This document shows, in pieces, positions 29,740-39,437 of a stretch of DNA of 59,387 nt. The translations under genes and the position numbers were made by a program. The stretch covers positions 1-59,387 of the forward strand of contig JAEYEL010000189.1 of assembly GCA_023403475.1 (NCBI GenBank), written 5' to 3'. The notes beneath the pieces were generated by a model that worked only from the letters and a program-made list of their open reading frames with translations, ran no database searches and had not been told where the DNA came from. How positions within the stretch are numbered: position 1 is the first letter of the stretch; every line of letters starts with the position of its first letter. The stretch is from Actinomycetes bacterium. Its GTDB lineage: Bacteria > Actinomycetota > Coriobacteriia > Coriobacteriales > Eggerthellaceae.

Positions 29740-30498
29740 ATGGTCCATATGAGCCCACAAAGACGAACAAAAACAAGCCAAGGTCAGCAGCAACTGCTGC
29801 GGCCAAAGACGGAACCCGATTCATTAGTGGACCGTGACGAATGGATTGAAGACGCAGTAGCCGGGTTTGTAACGAAAAGCAACGCGAATCGTCAAATCTA
29901 TCGGATTATTCTGGAAACCCTATGGCCTAAAGGCCACGGTATACCGGGGCCAGTAATTGACAGGGAAGAGATCAGGAAGGCCATCAGTGAGGCAAAAGGG
30001 AAGGATTACCATGACCCTTTCCGACGCTTGCGCGAGCTACAAGGCGATGAAGGTTTCCTAGGCATAATAAAAAGCGGTCAGAAATATCAGCTGGTGCATC
30101 TCAACATTTCTCCAAAGAAACAGCCAAGAACCTCGCTATCTGACACGAATTGGAAAAAGGTACTCGAGAAGTACGGAAACGTTTGTGCTGCCTGCGGGTG
30201 TGCTCCTGATGAGAACGGCCTTCAACAAGACCACAAAGTTCCTCGAGCAAGAGGTGGCACAGACGCAATCACCAACTGGCAACCTTTATGCGACTCTTGC
30301 AATATTGACAAAAGCGTTGCCTGTAGAGGGTGTAAGAAAGATTGCACACAGTGCGGTTGGGCTTATCCAGAATACTACCGACCCATTCGCCTTTCCGGTC
30401 AAACAATACGCGACATAAACGACTATGCAGAAAAGCATCATCTGGATCCCAGCCAATTCGTGACGGAGATTGTTTACGAAGTTATCAGGCTCGATTAA
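29740..30498 (+). CDS. HNH endonuclease, probable Type II restriction enzyme
   Basis: CAACG, QDHKVPRARGG, NWQPLCDSCN and an additional Cys cluster; convergent with the m5C methyltransferase. Confidence 0.7.
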   Translation: MVHMSPQRRTKTSQGQQQLLRPKTEPDSLVDRDEWIEDAVAGFVTKSNANRQIYRIILETLWPKGHGIPGPVIDREEIRKAISEAKGKDYHDPFRRLRELQGDEGFLGIIKSGQKYQLVHLNISPKKQPRTSLSDTNWKKVLEKYGNVCAACGCAPDENGLQQDHKVPRARGGTDAITNWQPLCDSCNIDKSVACRGCKKDCTQCGWAYPEYYRPIRLSGQTIRDINDYAEKHHLDPSQFVTEIVYEVIRLD

Positions 30499-30507
30499 GC
30501 ACTCTCG

Positions 30508-32109
30508 TCATTTAGCGGTTCGATACGCATCAAGACGAGCATCGTCCAGAAGAATCATCTGCTGAATCCTTGCAATCGCAATACCTAGTGCCCGACCAAC
30601 TAATGGCGGAATTGCATTTCCGATTTGTGCGTTCCGAGGAACGTCCACACCGCGAGCTGGACCGTTCAATGTGTATCTACCGTAGAAGTGATAATCATCG
30701 GGGAAAGATTGGATACGTGCCATCTCCCTCAGCGTAATAACTCTTGGATGTTTAAAATGTATCAATTCTTCTGGAGCTGTCGTTATGGTAGAGCAAGGCT
30801 TCTTTGTATCTAGCACGAACCTTTTGTTTGAGTGACATCCGTTTTCGTATAGAAAGTCCTTGCTTAGCCTTCCTGCTGGTTGTGTTTCATGCGCCTTTTC
30901 ATATAAGGCTATTGTCTTTTTGCTATGTCTATTGAATCTATGACAGTTGGGAACTTTGCTTTTCAAGCAGTTCGCGCGCATCAGTTTTTGGTAGGCACTT
31001 TTAGCCGGCAGATACGTGCAGGTATTAAACCCTGGAAACTCCGGATCCGGAACTACATGAGATCCAGCCAAATCACCAATTGCCTCTTTCACGGTTACGT
31101 ATTGATCGGCAGATAATCCAAGTTCGATGCGTTGTTCTCGTCCGACTTCGGCAAGAACGTCTTTAAAGAGTGACTCTGCGTCCAGTTGGCCAGCAAACTC
31201 ATTAGAAACAGCAAAAAGCAAAACCCTTTTTCGAAGCTGAGGCACTCCATAATCGGCTGCGTTGATGGTCACTTTGCCGACGCTGTAACCAAGTTCTCCT
31301 ATTCTCTCAGCAGCTTCTTCAGCAACAGATCGTTTTGTCTTATCGTTAGGACGCAAGACAAACTTCTTTCCAAACCCACCGACATTTTCCACTAGTGCAA
31401 ATAGTGGCTTAGTTATCCCTATCATCTCAATTTGCTTAAAAACTAAGGAGTTTCGAGGATCGTTTCCATTCCTCGAGCCTGCAACGGAGAAGCCTTGACA
31501 AGGCGGTCCGCCGGCCAAAAGTGTGACTTTTCCAGAAAGACCTTCAAGGTGACCCCGAAGAAAGTCATTATCAAGCACATCCGCTATATCGTGTGGAGCT
31601 TTTTCCAGCCATTCAGGCCATGATGCAAAGTGGTTATACGGTGCGTCTTTTCCCACCAAGTTTTTTTCAAACGTCTTGTAAGCCATAGGGTCTTTCTCTA
31701 TGGCGAACATTCCAGACCAGCCGGCTAAACCGAGCCCAAGTGACAATCCACCACAGCCAGCAAAAATATCAATATATGTCTGCACAGATGGTTCAGCGGT
31801 AGAAGATTGGGCTTCTGCAACTTCCCCGGCAATCATCGTGTCTATTTCACGCATTTTCTTAATGACACGCTTTCCTGTTTGCGTGACTGTGTACCCGCTC
31901 TTCTGCTTATAAGTCTCAATGCAATGCGCATGTCTAAGCGTCTGAATCCAATTGTTTATCGTTGCAGGGCTGCTGCCGTACTCTTCTGCGAGAGCAGTTT
32001 GCGATAGCCTAATTACGGGAACATCTTTCATTTCGCACTGATGCTCATCAAGCCAACACAAGAAACGATATTCTTTCGCTGCAAAAGAAACTGTTGATTC
32101 TCCGCTCAT
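30508..32109 (-). CDS. dcm: DNA cytosine-5 methyltransferase with N-terminal winged-HTH
   Basis: DIFAGCGG, GGPPCQGFS, ENV, PQLRKRV, REMARIQSFPD, QIGNAIPP; first ~100 aa LSQTALAEEYGSSPATINNWI. Confidence 0.92.
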   Translation of the reverse strand: MSGESTVSFAAKEYRFLCWLDEHQCEMKDVPVIRLSQTALAEEYGSSPATINNWIQTLRHAHCIETYKQKSGYTVTQTGKRVIKKMREIDTMIAGEVAEAQSSTAEPSVQTYIDIFAGCGGLSLGLGLAGWSGMFAIEKDPMAYKTFEKNLVGKDAPYNHFASWPEWLEKAPHDIADVLDNDFLRGHLEGLSGKVTLLAGGPPCQGFSVAGSRNGNDPRNSLVFKQIEMIGITKPLFALVENVGGFGKKFVLRPNDKTKRSVAEEAAERIGELGYSVGKVTINAADYGVPQLRKRVLLFAVSNEFAGQLDAESLFKDVLAEVGREQRIELGLSADQYVTVKEAIGDLAGSHVVPDPEFPGFNTCTYLPAKSAYQKLMRANCLKSKVPNCHRFNRHSKKTIALYEKAHETQPAGRLSKDFLYENGCHSNKRFVLDTKKPCSTITTAPEELIHFKHPRVITLREMARIQSFPDDYHFYGRYTLNGPARGVDVPRNAQIGNAIPPLVGRALGIAIARIQQMILLDDARLDAYRTAK

Positions 32110-32292
32110 CGAACGCCTTCCTACAATCCTCCGGATGCACTAATTTTTTATAGGATATTGCATTTTGGAAGGCAAAGCGATGAGAACTCTGCATCCTCCC
32201 TTTATCTCCAAGATAAGCGGGCAGTGAAAAACGATGTGTATATGCGCCTTGAGATAGTAGGCAACCAGCACTCGACGAATTCACAATCTGAT

Positions 32293-32388
32293 GCACCTTT
32301 TAACGATACCTTGCACGTTTCAACGATAGCCCTACACCTTTTAACGTTTGCCCGCACATTTCAACGTTAGGCGCACCTTATAACGATA
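32293..32388. repeat. Right-end array: five 16-bp copies (GCACNTTTYAACGWTA-like), 19-21-bp period
   Basis: gcaccttttaacgata 32293, gcacgtttcaacgata 32313, acaccttttaacgttt 32334, gcacatttcaacgtta 32354, gcaccttataacgata 32373. Confidence 0.9.
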
Positions 32389-32521
32389 CGTCCGTCTAGC
32401 CGCAGACAGAAAAAGAGTATCTGGAGCCAACCCGACGCTCCTACACCCGTCCAATCGGTTGCTCTACAATGAAATAACCGCAGGTCAATCAGCATATTTC
32501 CTGCTGTCTCTTATGCTGCCC

Positions 32522-32549
32522 TTTGTATCAAAGATGGCATGATTCTTTC
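32522..32549. other. attR: 19-bp arm + 7 bp + TC core
   Basis: tttgtatcaaagatggcat gattctt TC. Confidence 0.9.
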
Positions 32550-35500
32550 CAGAATATGCACTCCCGGGCTTCCCAGCCCTTCGCCGAATTCCTGCTTCAG
32601 CATGCGATCCGTAGCGCGCAGAATGTATTCCACAATCTCGTTGGGCGTATATACAATGCCCATCTTTTCAGCCGTGCCCTTGAAAGCTTTGCTGAAAAAG
32701 CCCTCGTACAATTCTTTGATAATGGCTTGCCTGCCGGCATCGCTCTGTACGACGGATATACGGCTGCGCACGCTTTCGTAGAGAGTTTCCAACACCTCGT
32801 CGTCCTCGCGCTGTTCTATGCTGTACGAACGTAGCACGGAGAGCATTTGCTCCATGGCGATGGATACAGGATTGCTTTTCGCAAACGATTTCTCCCCGAA
32901 CAGCGCTTCGAAAACCGGCAGGGTGATAAGATGTTGCGCGAGCATCTCCGTCGCCTGCTTTTCGGTGATGCCGGGGTTCAGGCTATCTCGCAGCCCCTTC
33001 ACGAATTTGCCGAACTCGATTTTCGCATGCTCATCGGACGTTACGATATTTTCGATACGGGCAATATGGCGCTGTGCGATTCCGGCTATGTCGTCGGCCC
33101 AATCTTCCCAGTACACACGCGTGCCGCATTTCTTGACGAGCTTCGCCTCCATTGCGCTTTGCCAATCGAAAGCCGACCAATCGAGCGCCAGTTTATCTTG
33201 CACGACCTTAGCTTGATCGTCTCCGTCGAAACCCATCGAATCAACGAGAACGTTGCTGTTGCCTGTCCCCTTTTCGTCAAGTGCCCATGCGTTGATCTTC
33301 GCATCCAGTCGTTCGTCATGGCTTCTCAAGGCTTGTAAAACTTGCCATACGGCAGCGAACGCTTTGTCGTCGTCAAGAGCTTGTTCAGGCGACACACCGG
33401 CGGGAACCACAACCGGCAGGATAATGTAGCCATAGCGTTTCCCTGCCGCCTTGCGCATAACGCGACCAACCGCTTGAACGATTTCAACTTGACTCTTTTT
33501 CGGCATCATAAACAGCACGGCATCCAAATTGGGAACGTCCACGCCTTCTGAGAGGCACCGCGCGTTGGTAAGCACGCGACAGACATCCCTACCAGAGCTT
33601 TCCTCCAACCAACGCAGCTTGCGCTTACGCGTAGCCGAGTCCATACTACCATCCACATGTTGACATTCGACGCGCAGCGGGTTATCGATTCCCGCCTTGC
33701 CCGCATATACGTCGACCACACGCATGAACAGCTCGGCAAAAAGCTTCGACTCTTCGATGGTCGAGCTGAAAGCGACCGCACGATGCATCGGGTTCGGAAG
33801 GCCCGTCAGCCAATCTTCCACACTTTCGCTCTCACCTATGTCCGCTCGATAAAGATTCAGGTCGGCAACCTGCTCGCCTCGCGAAGCCAAGCCTTTCCAA
33901 CAACCGAGAATCTTCGCCGTTTCCGGCACGTCGAAACCGCCCTCGGCCGCCATGGCTTGCTGATACACAGCTGACGCCATCGCCTCCGACACGGTCAGAA
34001 CGAGCACGCGGTAATCCGCGAGTAAACCCTTTTCCACCGCTCGCCCGAATGAAAGCCGGTAAAACTCTTCGCCGTACTTTTCCGCATCGTCCATTGAGGA
34101 AAGCTCGAAGCTCTCCTCATGTGCCTTGCGCTTTGCGGCGGTGCCGTACACGCGCGGCGTCGCTGTCATGTAAAGACGTTTGCGAGCATGCAGAGCATCC
34201 GCATCGTGCACTTTGGTAAAGGCACTTTGCTCTTCTTTCGAGGCACCCATATCTCGAGCACCGGTTGTCCTGTGCGCCTCGTCGCACACGCACAGGTCGA
34301 ACATGGGCAGGCCTGCCGACTGCGCATCGATAACGGCTTGGATGGATTGATAGGTGGAGAAAACGACTGTCAGCCCTTCGGGGTTTTCACCACCGACCTG
34401 TTTTACGATTTCCTTGGCATCAGTCGATGCGGGAAACGGAATATCTTTGAGCGATGACTCCCAAACATCTTCGGTACGGGACGCTTTGGCATCGGAACAT
34501 ACCACCGCACAACGTAAAGGTTCTCGAGCTTGGTTCGCCCACACTCTCAGCGTTTGCGAGACAAGGGAAATCGACGGCGCGAGAAACAGCACGCGTCCAC
34601 GCGGACACAGTTCCTCAGCAAGCCTCAACGCCGTAAGCGTCTTTCCCGTTCCGCACGCCATAATGAGCTTGCCTCTATCGGCCTCGGAAAAACCAGCCAA
34701 GCATTTTTCAATAGCTTGCCTCTGATGCTCTCGAGGCTCGAGCACTGCCCGATGCTGCGGATTCGCACCAGACAGGAATGCATCCCAGTCAACATCAGCG
34801 CGAGCCATCTCTTCGGGAAACAGGCGCACCGTCCCCCACTTCCGCGCCACTTTATCGAGGCTGGGACTAAAGTGCTCCGTAGTAGAAACTATCATGCTGC
34901 GAGCATACCGTTTCTCGGCACCTGCCGCTCCATAGAACGTCGATACCGTTTGGTAGTCAAGGCTGGCATTTTCGTCATAGCATTTGCACTGAATAGCCCA
35001 GTACTCGTTTCTGCCGCGCTCTTTCGCCACAAGGTCGATTCCAATATCGCGTCCATCGTTGGTGGGAGCATCGTTCCACATCCACACATCTTCGAGACGT
35101 GTTTTCCAGAGAGGGTCGTTCTTCAAATAGAAACGAACTGCACGCTCGAAGCGAAGGCCTTTATCCACCTCAGATGAACATTCCGCGCGAATTCGGTCGA
35201 TTACGTCGTAGATGCTCGTTTTGGTGCTTGCAGGCCGATATGCATTCTCCACCGCAGCAGACGGATATCCCAAAACCTGCACTGCTATCTCATCGAGAAT
35301 TCCGTCGGGAATCTCGGCAACTTTTTTCGTCCATGCTTTATTGAGAATCGGATTATACAATCCGATTTTTTCAATACCAGAAAATCTCTGCTGCCCCGAA
35401 CGCATGCACGCTATCCAATAGCAAATCACCTGAAGGATGTTTTGCGGCGATGGCTCTTTCTTCGAGCACTTCAAATCCCACAGTGTATCGCCCGCCAAAT

Positions 35501-36035
35501 AATCGCCATCGCCCGCCTCGAAAATGTCGGTCAGCCCACCGAAAAAAGTAAAGCTATCGGTTGCGCTTTGCCCATATTGACCGAAGAACGAGGAGGCACG
35601 CGTAACCATAGTGCGGATATCGGCGATGGTTTTCTCATCCGGAACGATTTCACTCACTTCCCTAAACGATTGAACGCCGACGCGGTATGCCACATCATAA
35701 CCCGACAGCCTGCAAGCTGCCACGACGCTCTCATCGTCCAATCCAAGCGCCGCTGAGTTCTGTATTGTTTCGACCATTTGCAAGGCTTTTCCAAGCTCCG
35801 CTTTCCCCAATAGAGCAGCACCCTTAAGAGAAACGCCAAACGCCTCGGCTGCAGTGGAACCCAAGCAAAACCTTGTCAGATAGTCTACGGCAATACCCAC
35901 AAGAGCAGGAGAAATGCTAAAGATGCCGTTTATCGACATGCCATCATCGTAGAGCACGCTTTGAAATTCCGGCAGTTTGACGTACCCACCCCTAGGTTGT
36001 TTCACGCTGTTTACCAATTGGGTCACAGAAGGCAT
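32550..36035 (-). pseudogene. Type ISP RM enzyme, N-terminal half (extra nuclease-like domain, Mrr nuclease, SF2 helicase, coupler)
   Basis: GIDLVA..AIQCK, MACGTGKT, DEAHRT, NARCLSEGVDVP, QAVGRVMRK, GIVYTP, GVHIL; the ORF reads into attR and stops at 32511. Confidence 0.92.
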
Positions 36036-36233
36036 CTGAAACCTCCGAATTCATTTCGTCTTGTCTCAGCGGAACGACCGCATTTTCAAGAATTATAACT
36101 TCCCAGAGAAGCAAACGGCACGAGAAAAACCAAGCGTTCTTCCCATCTGAGCTTCGCCTCATTGGCGTATGAATCTCTACGGTACAACACTTAACTTGCA
36201 AGCGGATTACTTCTCATGTAAGCTGACCAGCTT

Positions 36234-37346
36234 TTACGGCGCCAGGTCGAAGATTTTACCGTAGAGCTCGTTGCCGCAAAGCCAGCCTTGGCCGGTGGGG
36301 CGGAAACAACCGTTGCGGTGCTCGACAAGGCCGAGGCGCACAAGCTGAGCGAACGCCTCCCGCACGTTCGGCAGCAGATGCTCGGCTGCCGCTACCTGCT
36401 CTTCGGAAACGCCACGCGACATGCGCATGGCGAGCATGAGATCTTCGGCGGCCATCTGCGCAGGGTTCAAGTCGTCAGTGACCACGCCGTCCTGCACGCG
36501 CATGCGGCGCTCCTCATTCTGCGTCATCGTGGCGGCAGACTTCCCCAGGCCCAGATACGCAACGCCCGACCAGTAAGATATGTTGTGGCGGCACTCGAAT
36601 CCGGGCTTCGCATAGCTCGCCACCTCGTAGCGCGCAAAGCCCGCCTTGCCAAGGATGCGCTCTGCCGCCTCCATCTGCGCCGCCTGCACGTCCTCATCGG
36701 GTTCGGGAAGCTCGCCCGAAAGCAGCGCCCTATCGAAGGGCGTATGCGGCTCTATGGTGAGCGGGTACACGCTCACATGCGCCACGCCGAGCGAGACCGC
36801 AGTCCGCACGCTTTCCGCAAACGACTCTTCCGACTGTCCAGGAATACCGCACATGAGATCGACGCTCACGTTCGTAAACCGGGTTCGCGCCGCCGCCACC
36901 GCAGTTCGCGCATCGTTAGCGGAATGAGCGCGCCCAAGCGTTCGCAGCATCGCGTCATCGAAGCTCTGAACGCCAAGGGAAAGCCTGTTCACGCCGAGCG
37001 CCCACACGTCGCGCACCATGTTCTCGGTCAGGCTTTCGGGGTTTGCCTCCATGGTGCATTCTACATCGGGTTCAAGGCGCATGGAAAGCGAGAGCGTGTA
37101 GAGCAGCATGGAAAGCCGCGCCAGGCCCACATGGCTCGGCGTGCCGCCGCCCAGGTACACGGTTTCGATTTGGGCAAGCTCGCCTTCCTTCGCCTTGCGG
37201 CGGATCTGCAGGCACAGGTCTTCCACGTACGCGTCGATCTCGGGCGACGACGACGGCATCGCTGCCGTCGTGAAATCGCAGTAGGCGCACCGTTTCACGC
37301 AGAACGGCAGATGCAGATAGAGCGCTTTGTAGGGATCATGCGGCAT
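36234..37346 (-). CDS. hemW: Radical SAM heme chaperone HemW (HemN-like)
   Basis: LYLHLPFCVKRCAYCDF, GGGTPS, RLSLGVQSF, YEVASY. Confidence 0.92.
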   Translation of the reverse strand: MPHDPYKALYLHLPFCVKRCAYCDFTTAAMPSSSPEIDAYVEDLCLQIRRKAKEGELAQIETVYLGGGTPSHVGLARLSMLLYTLSLSMRLEPDVECTMEANPESLTENMVRDVWALGVNRLSLGVQSFDDAMLRTLGRAHSANDARTAVAAARTRFTNVSVDLMCGIPGQSEESFAESVRTAVSLGVAHVSVYPLTIEPHTPFDRALLSGELPEPDEDVQAAQMEAAERILGKAGFARYEVASYAKPGFECRHNISYWSGVAYLGLGKSAATMTQNEERRMRVQDGVVTDDLNPAQMAAEDLMLAMRMSRGVSEEQVAAAEHLLPNVREAFAQLVRLGLVEHRNGCFRPTGQGWLCGNELYGKIFDLAP

Positions 37347-37498
37347 GGTCGGTTGCCTTCTTTCCGTTCGGGGGAACAGTAAACGTTTTCCGCCCGTTTC
37401 TAAGGGTTGCTTCCCTGCAGCTCCAAAGATTTTGAAAACAGGTGCCAGGGCTTGAGCAACCGTAGCGCGAAAGCCCCGTTCGCCTTCGCTTCGAAAGG

Positions 37499-38476
37499 CT
37501 AGCACCCATCGGGCGCCTCGATGCGCACGATGAGCTCATCGAAAAGGGCGTCGAAATCGGCGACGGTGGTGCAGGCGTTTATGCGGGCTCTTGCGGCGGC
37601 GGCGCCGGGCAGGCCGACGAGATACCACATGGCGTGCTTGCGCATGCGCACGATGTTTTTGCCCTCGCGCTCGGCGAGCAGGTGCGCGTGGCGGCGCGCC
37701 ATGGCGATGCGCTCCTGCGCGGCGGGCTTCGCGGGCTCGGGCTTGCCCGCAAGCGCGGCGGCGGCCTGCGCGAACACCCAAGGGTTCCCTTGCGCTCCCC
37801 GCCCGATCATAACGGCATCGCAGCCGGTCTGCGAAACGAGCGCTATCGCGTCGGCGCCGCAGCGCACATCTCCGTTGCCTATGACGGGCACGCTCACGAC
37901 CTGTCTCACGCGGGCGATGACGCCCCAATCGGCACACCCGCGGTAGAACTGTTCGGCGAACCGCCCGTGAACGGCCACGGACGCTGCGCCGGCACCCTCC
38001 ATATAGCGAGCGAATTCCGGCGCTGTCTCCTGCCCCAGTGCCCAGCCTCGCCGGAACTTCACCGTCACCGGATGCTCGACTGCACGCGAGACTTCCCGCA
38101 CGATTTCGGAGGCCAGCTGCGGGTTGCGCATGAGCGCGCTGCCGTCGCCCTTTGAGGTTATCTTTCGCGCCGGACAGCCCATATTGATGTCGAGGTACGC
38201 AAGCGCGTTTCCCATCTCGTCTTCCACCCACGCAGCCTCGGCCGCCATGACGGCGGGCTCATGCCCGAAAAGTTGCACCGCCACCTGGCGCTCGCCAGGC
38301 GCCAGGTGCAGAAGGCGCCTCGTCTTCGCGTTGGCATAGGAAAGCCCCTTCGCCGACACCATTTCGGTGTAGCCCAAGCTTGCGCCCTGCTCAAGACAGA
38401 GCGCCCGGAACGCCTCGTCGGTCACGCCCGCCATGGGCGCGAGCAGAAGCCTGTGCGATGCGAAGAAGTCCCTCAC
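37499..38476 (-). CDS. dusB: tRNA-dihydrouridine synthase DusB
   Basis: LAPMAGVTD, DINMGCP, VHGR, IGNGDV. Confidence 0.93.
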   Translation of the reverse strand: MRDFFASHRLLLAPMAGVTDEAFRALCLEQGASLGYTEMVSAKGLSYANAKTRRLLHLAPGERQVAVQLFGHEPAVMAAEAAWVEDEMGNALAYLDINMGCPARKITSKGDGSALMRNPQLASEIVREVSRAVEHPVTVKFRRGWALGQETAPEFARYMEGAGAASVAVHGRFAEQFYRGCADWGVIARVRQVVSVPVIGNGDVRCGADAIALVSQTGCDAVMIGRGAQGNPWVFAQAAAALAGKPEPAKPAAQERIAMARRHAHLLAEREGKNIVRMRKHAMWYLVGLPGAAAARARINACTTVADFDALFDELIVRIEAPDGC

Positions 38477-38504
38477 GTGCCTAGTCCCTCGGTGCTTGAG
38501 CGCC

Positions 38505-39029
38505 TTATGCCCACACGACTGCGCTCTTGCGCGCATGCGCCTTGCCCACGCCGCCTTCCGCAGCGTAGCCCAAAGCGCAGGTTCCGTGCACCTCGTAGTC
38601 TTGCGGAAGGCCGAACTCCGTGAGAATCGCACGCACGGAAGGGTCGTCGCAGGTGTCGAGCAGTTGGTTTATCCACACGCTGCCTAGCCCCAGGCTATGG
38701 GCGGCGAGCATCATGTTCTCCATGGCGCAACCATCATCCTGCTTTCCCAGATGCGCCCCGCGCACGTGCCCCACGATGATAATGGCCGCCGGGTTGTACA
38801 TGTCGTAGGAATCGCATGCAAGCGCCCGGCGCATGGCCTCGCAAAGACGGGCGATTTTCGTGCGGTCGTCCACCACGATAAAGCACCACTCCTGCTTGTT
38901 CACCCCCGAGGGCGCCCACTGCCCGCAGGCCACAACGGTCTCCAGATCCTCGCGCGCTACCGGCGCATCGGCGTAGGCGCGCACCGACCGCCTTCCCAGA
39001 ATGTTCTCGATAACCGCATTGGTCTTCAT
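38505..39029 (-). CDS. Nitroreductase family protein
   Basis: RRSVRAY, APSGVNKQ, ENMMLAAHSLGLGSVW. Confidence 0.9.
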   Translation of the reverse strand: MKTNAVIENILGRRSVRAYADAPVAREDLETVVACGQWAPSGVNKQEWCFIVVDDRTKIARLCEAMRRALACDSYDMYNPAAIIIVGHVRGAHLGKQDDGCAMENMMLAAHSLGLGSVWINQLLDTCDDPSVRAILTEFGLPQDYEVHGTCALGYAAEGGVGKAHARKSAVVWA

Positions 39030-39131
39030 GATGGAACCTTCCTTTCCTTCCGCTTTCCTAAACGGAACTGTATCGAAAACCCGCTGCGCAAGGCAAAGGT
39101 CGAGGGCCTTTACCTTGCGGCGGAGTTCGGA

Positions 39132-39326
39132 CTACGCGAGAATCCCCATCATGCCGCCAAGGGCGAAGCAGGCAAGCAAGATAAACGCCAAAACCACGAG
39201 CGCGAATCCGCAGCCCAAGGCCAGCTTCGCGTTGCGCGACATACCAGCACGCTCTCGTTCGGCGGCAGCCTTCTTCTCGTCGAAGGGGTCGTCCAGCCAG
39301 TTGTAGCTTTCCCGTTTCCGCTTCAT
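39132..39326 (-). CDS. Small membrane protein
   Basis: 64 aa, charged N-terminus (WLDDPFDE) + TM helix; co-oriented in the operon. Confidence 0.6.
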   Translation of the reverse strand: MKRKRESYNWLDDPFDEKKAAAERERAGMSRNAKLALGCGFALVVLAFILLACFALGGMMGILA

Positions 39327-39437
39327 AAGACCAACCCTGCCTCCTTCGCTTTCGCTTGCGATCTCACCTGCGGGATGCGCGGCATTCGTTTCCGCACCGC
39401 GCGTACCTCCGTGCAGGGCGGAATTCCCGCATCCATG

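Larger units (their letters stand above)
17500..32549. mobile_element. 15,050-bp serine-recombinase integrative element inserted in the Type ISP gene
   Basis: Shared TC core at 17498-17499 and 32548-32549; 19-bp perfect inverted arms at 17507-17525 and 32522-32540; internal large serine recombinase; excision restores the reading frame. Confidence 0.92.
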
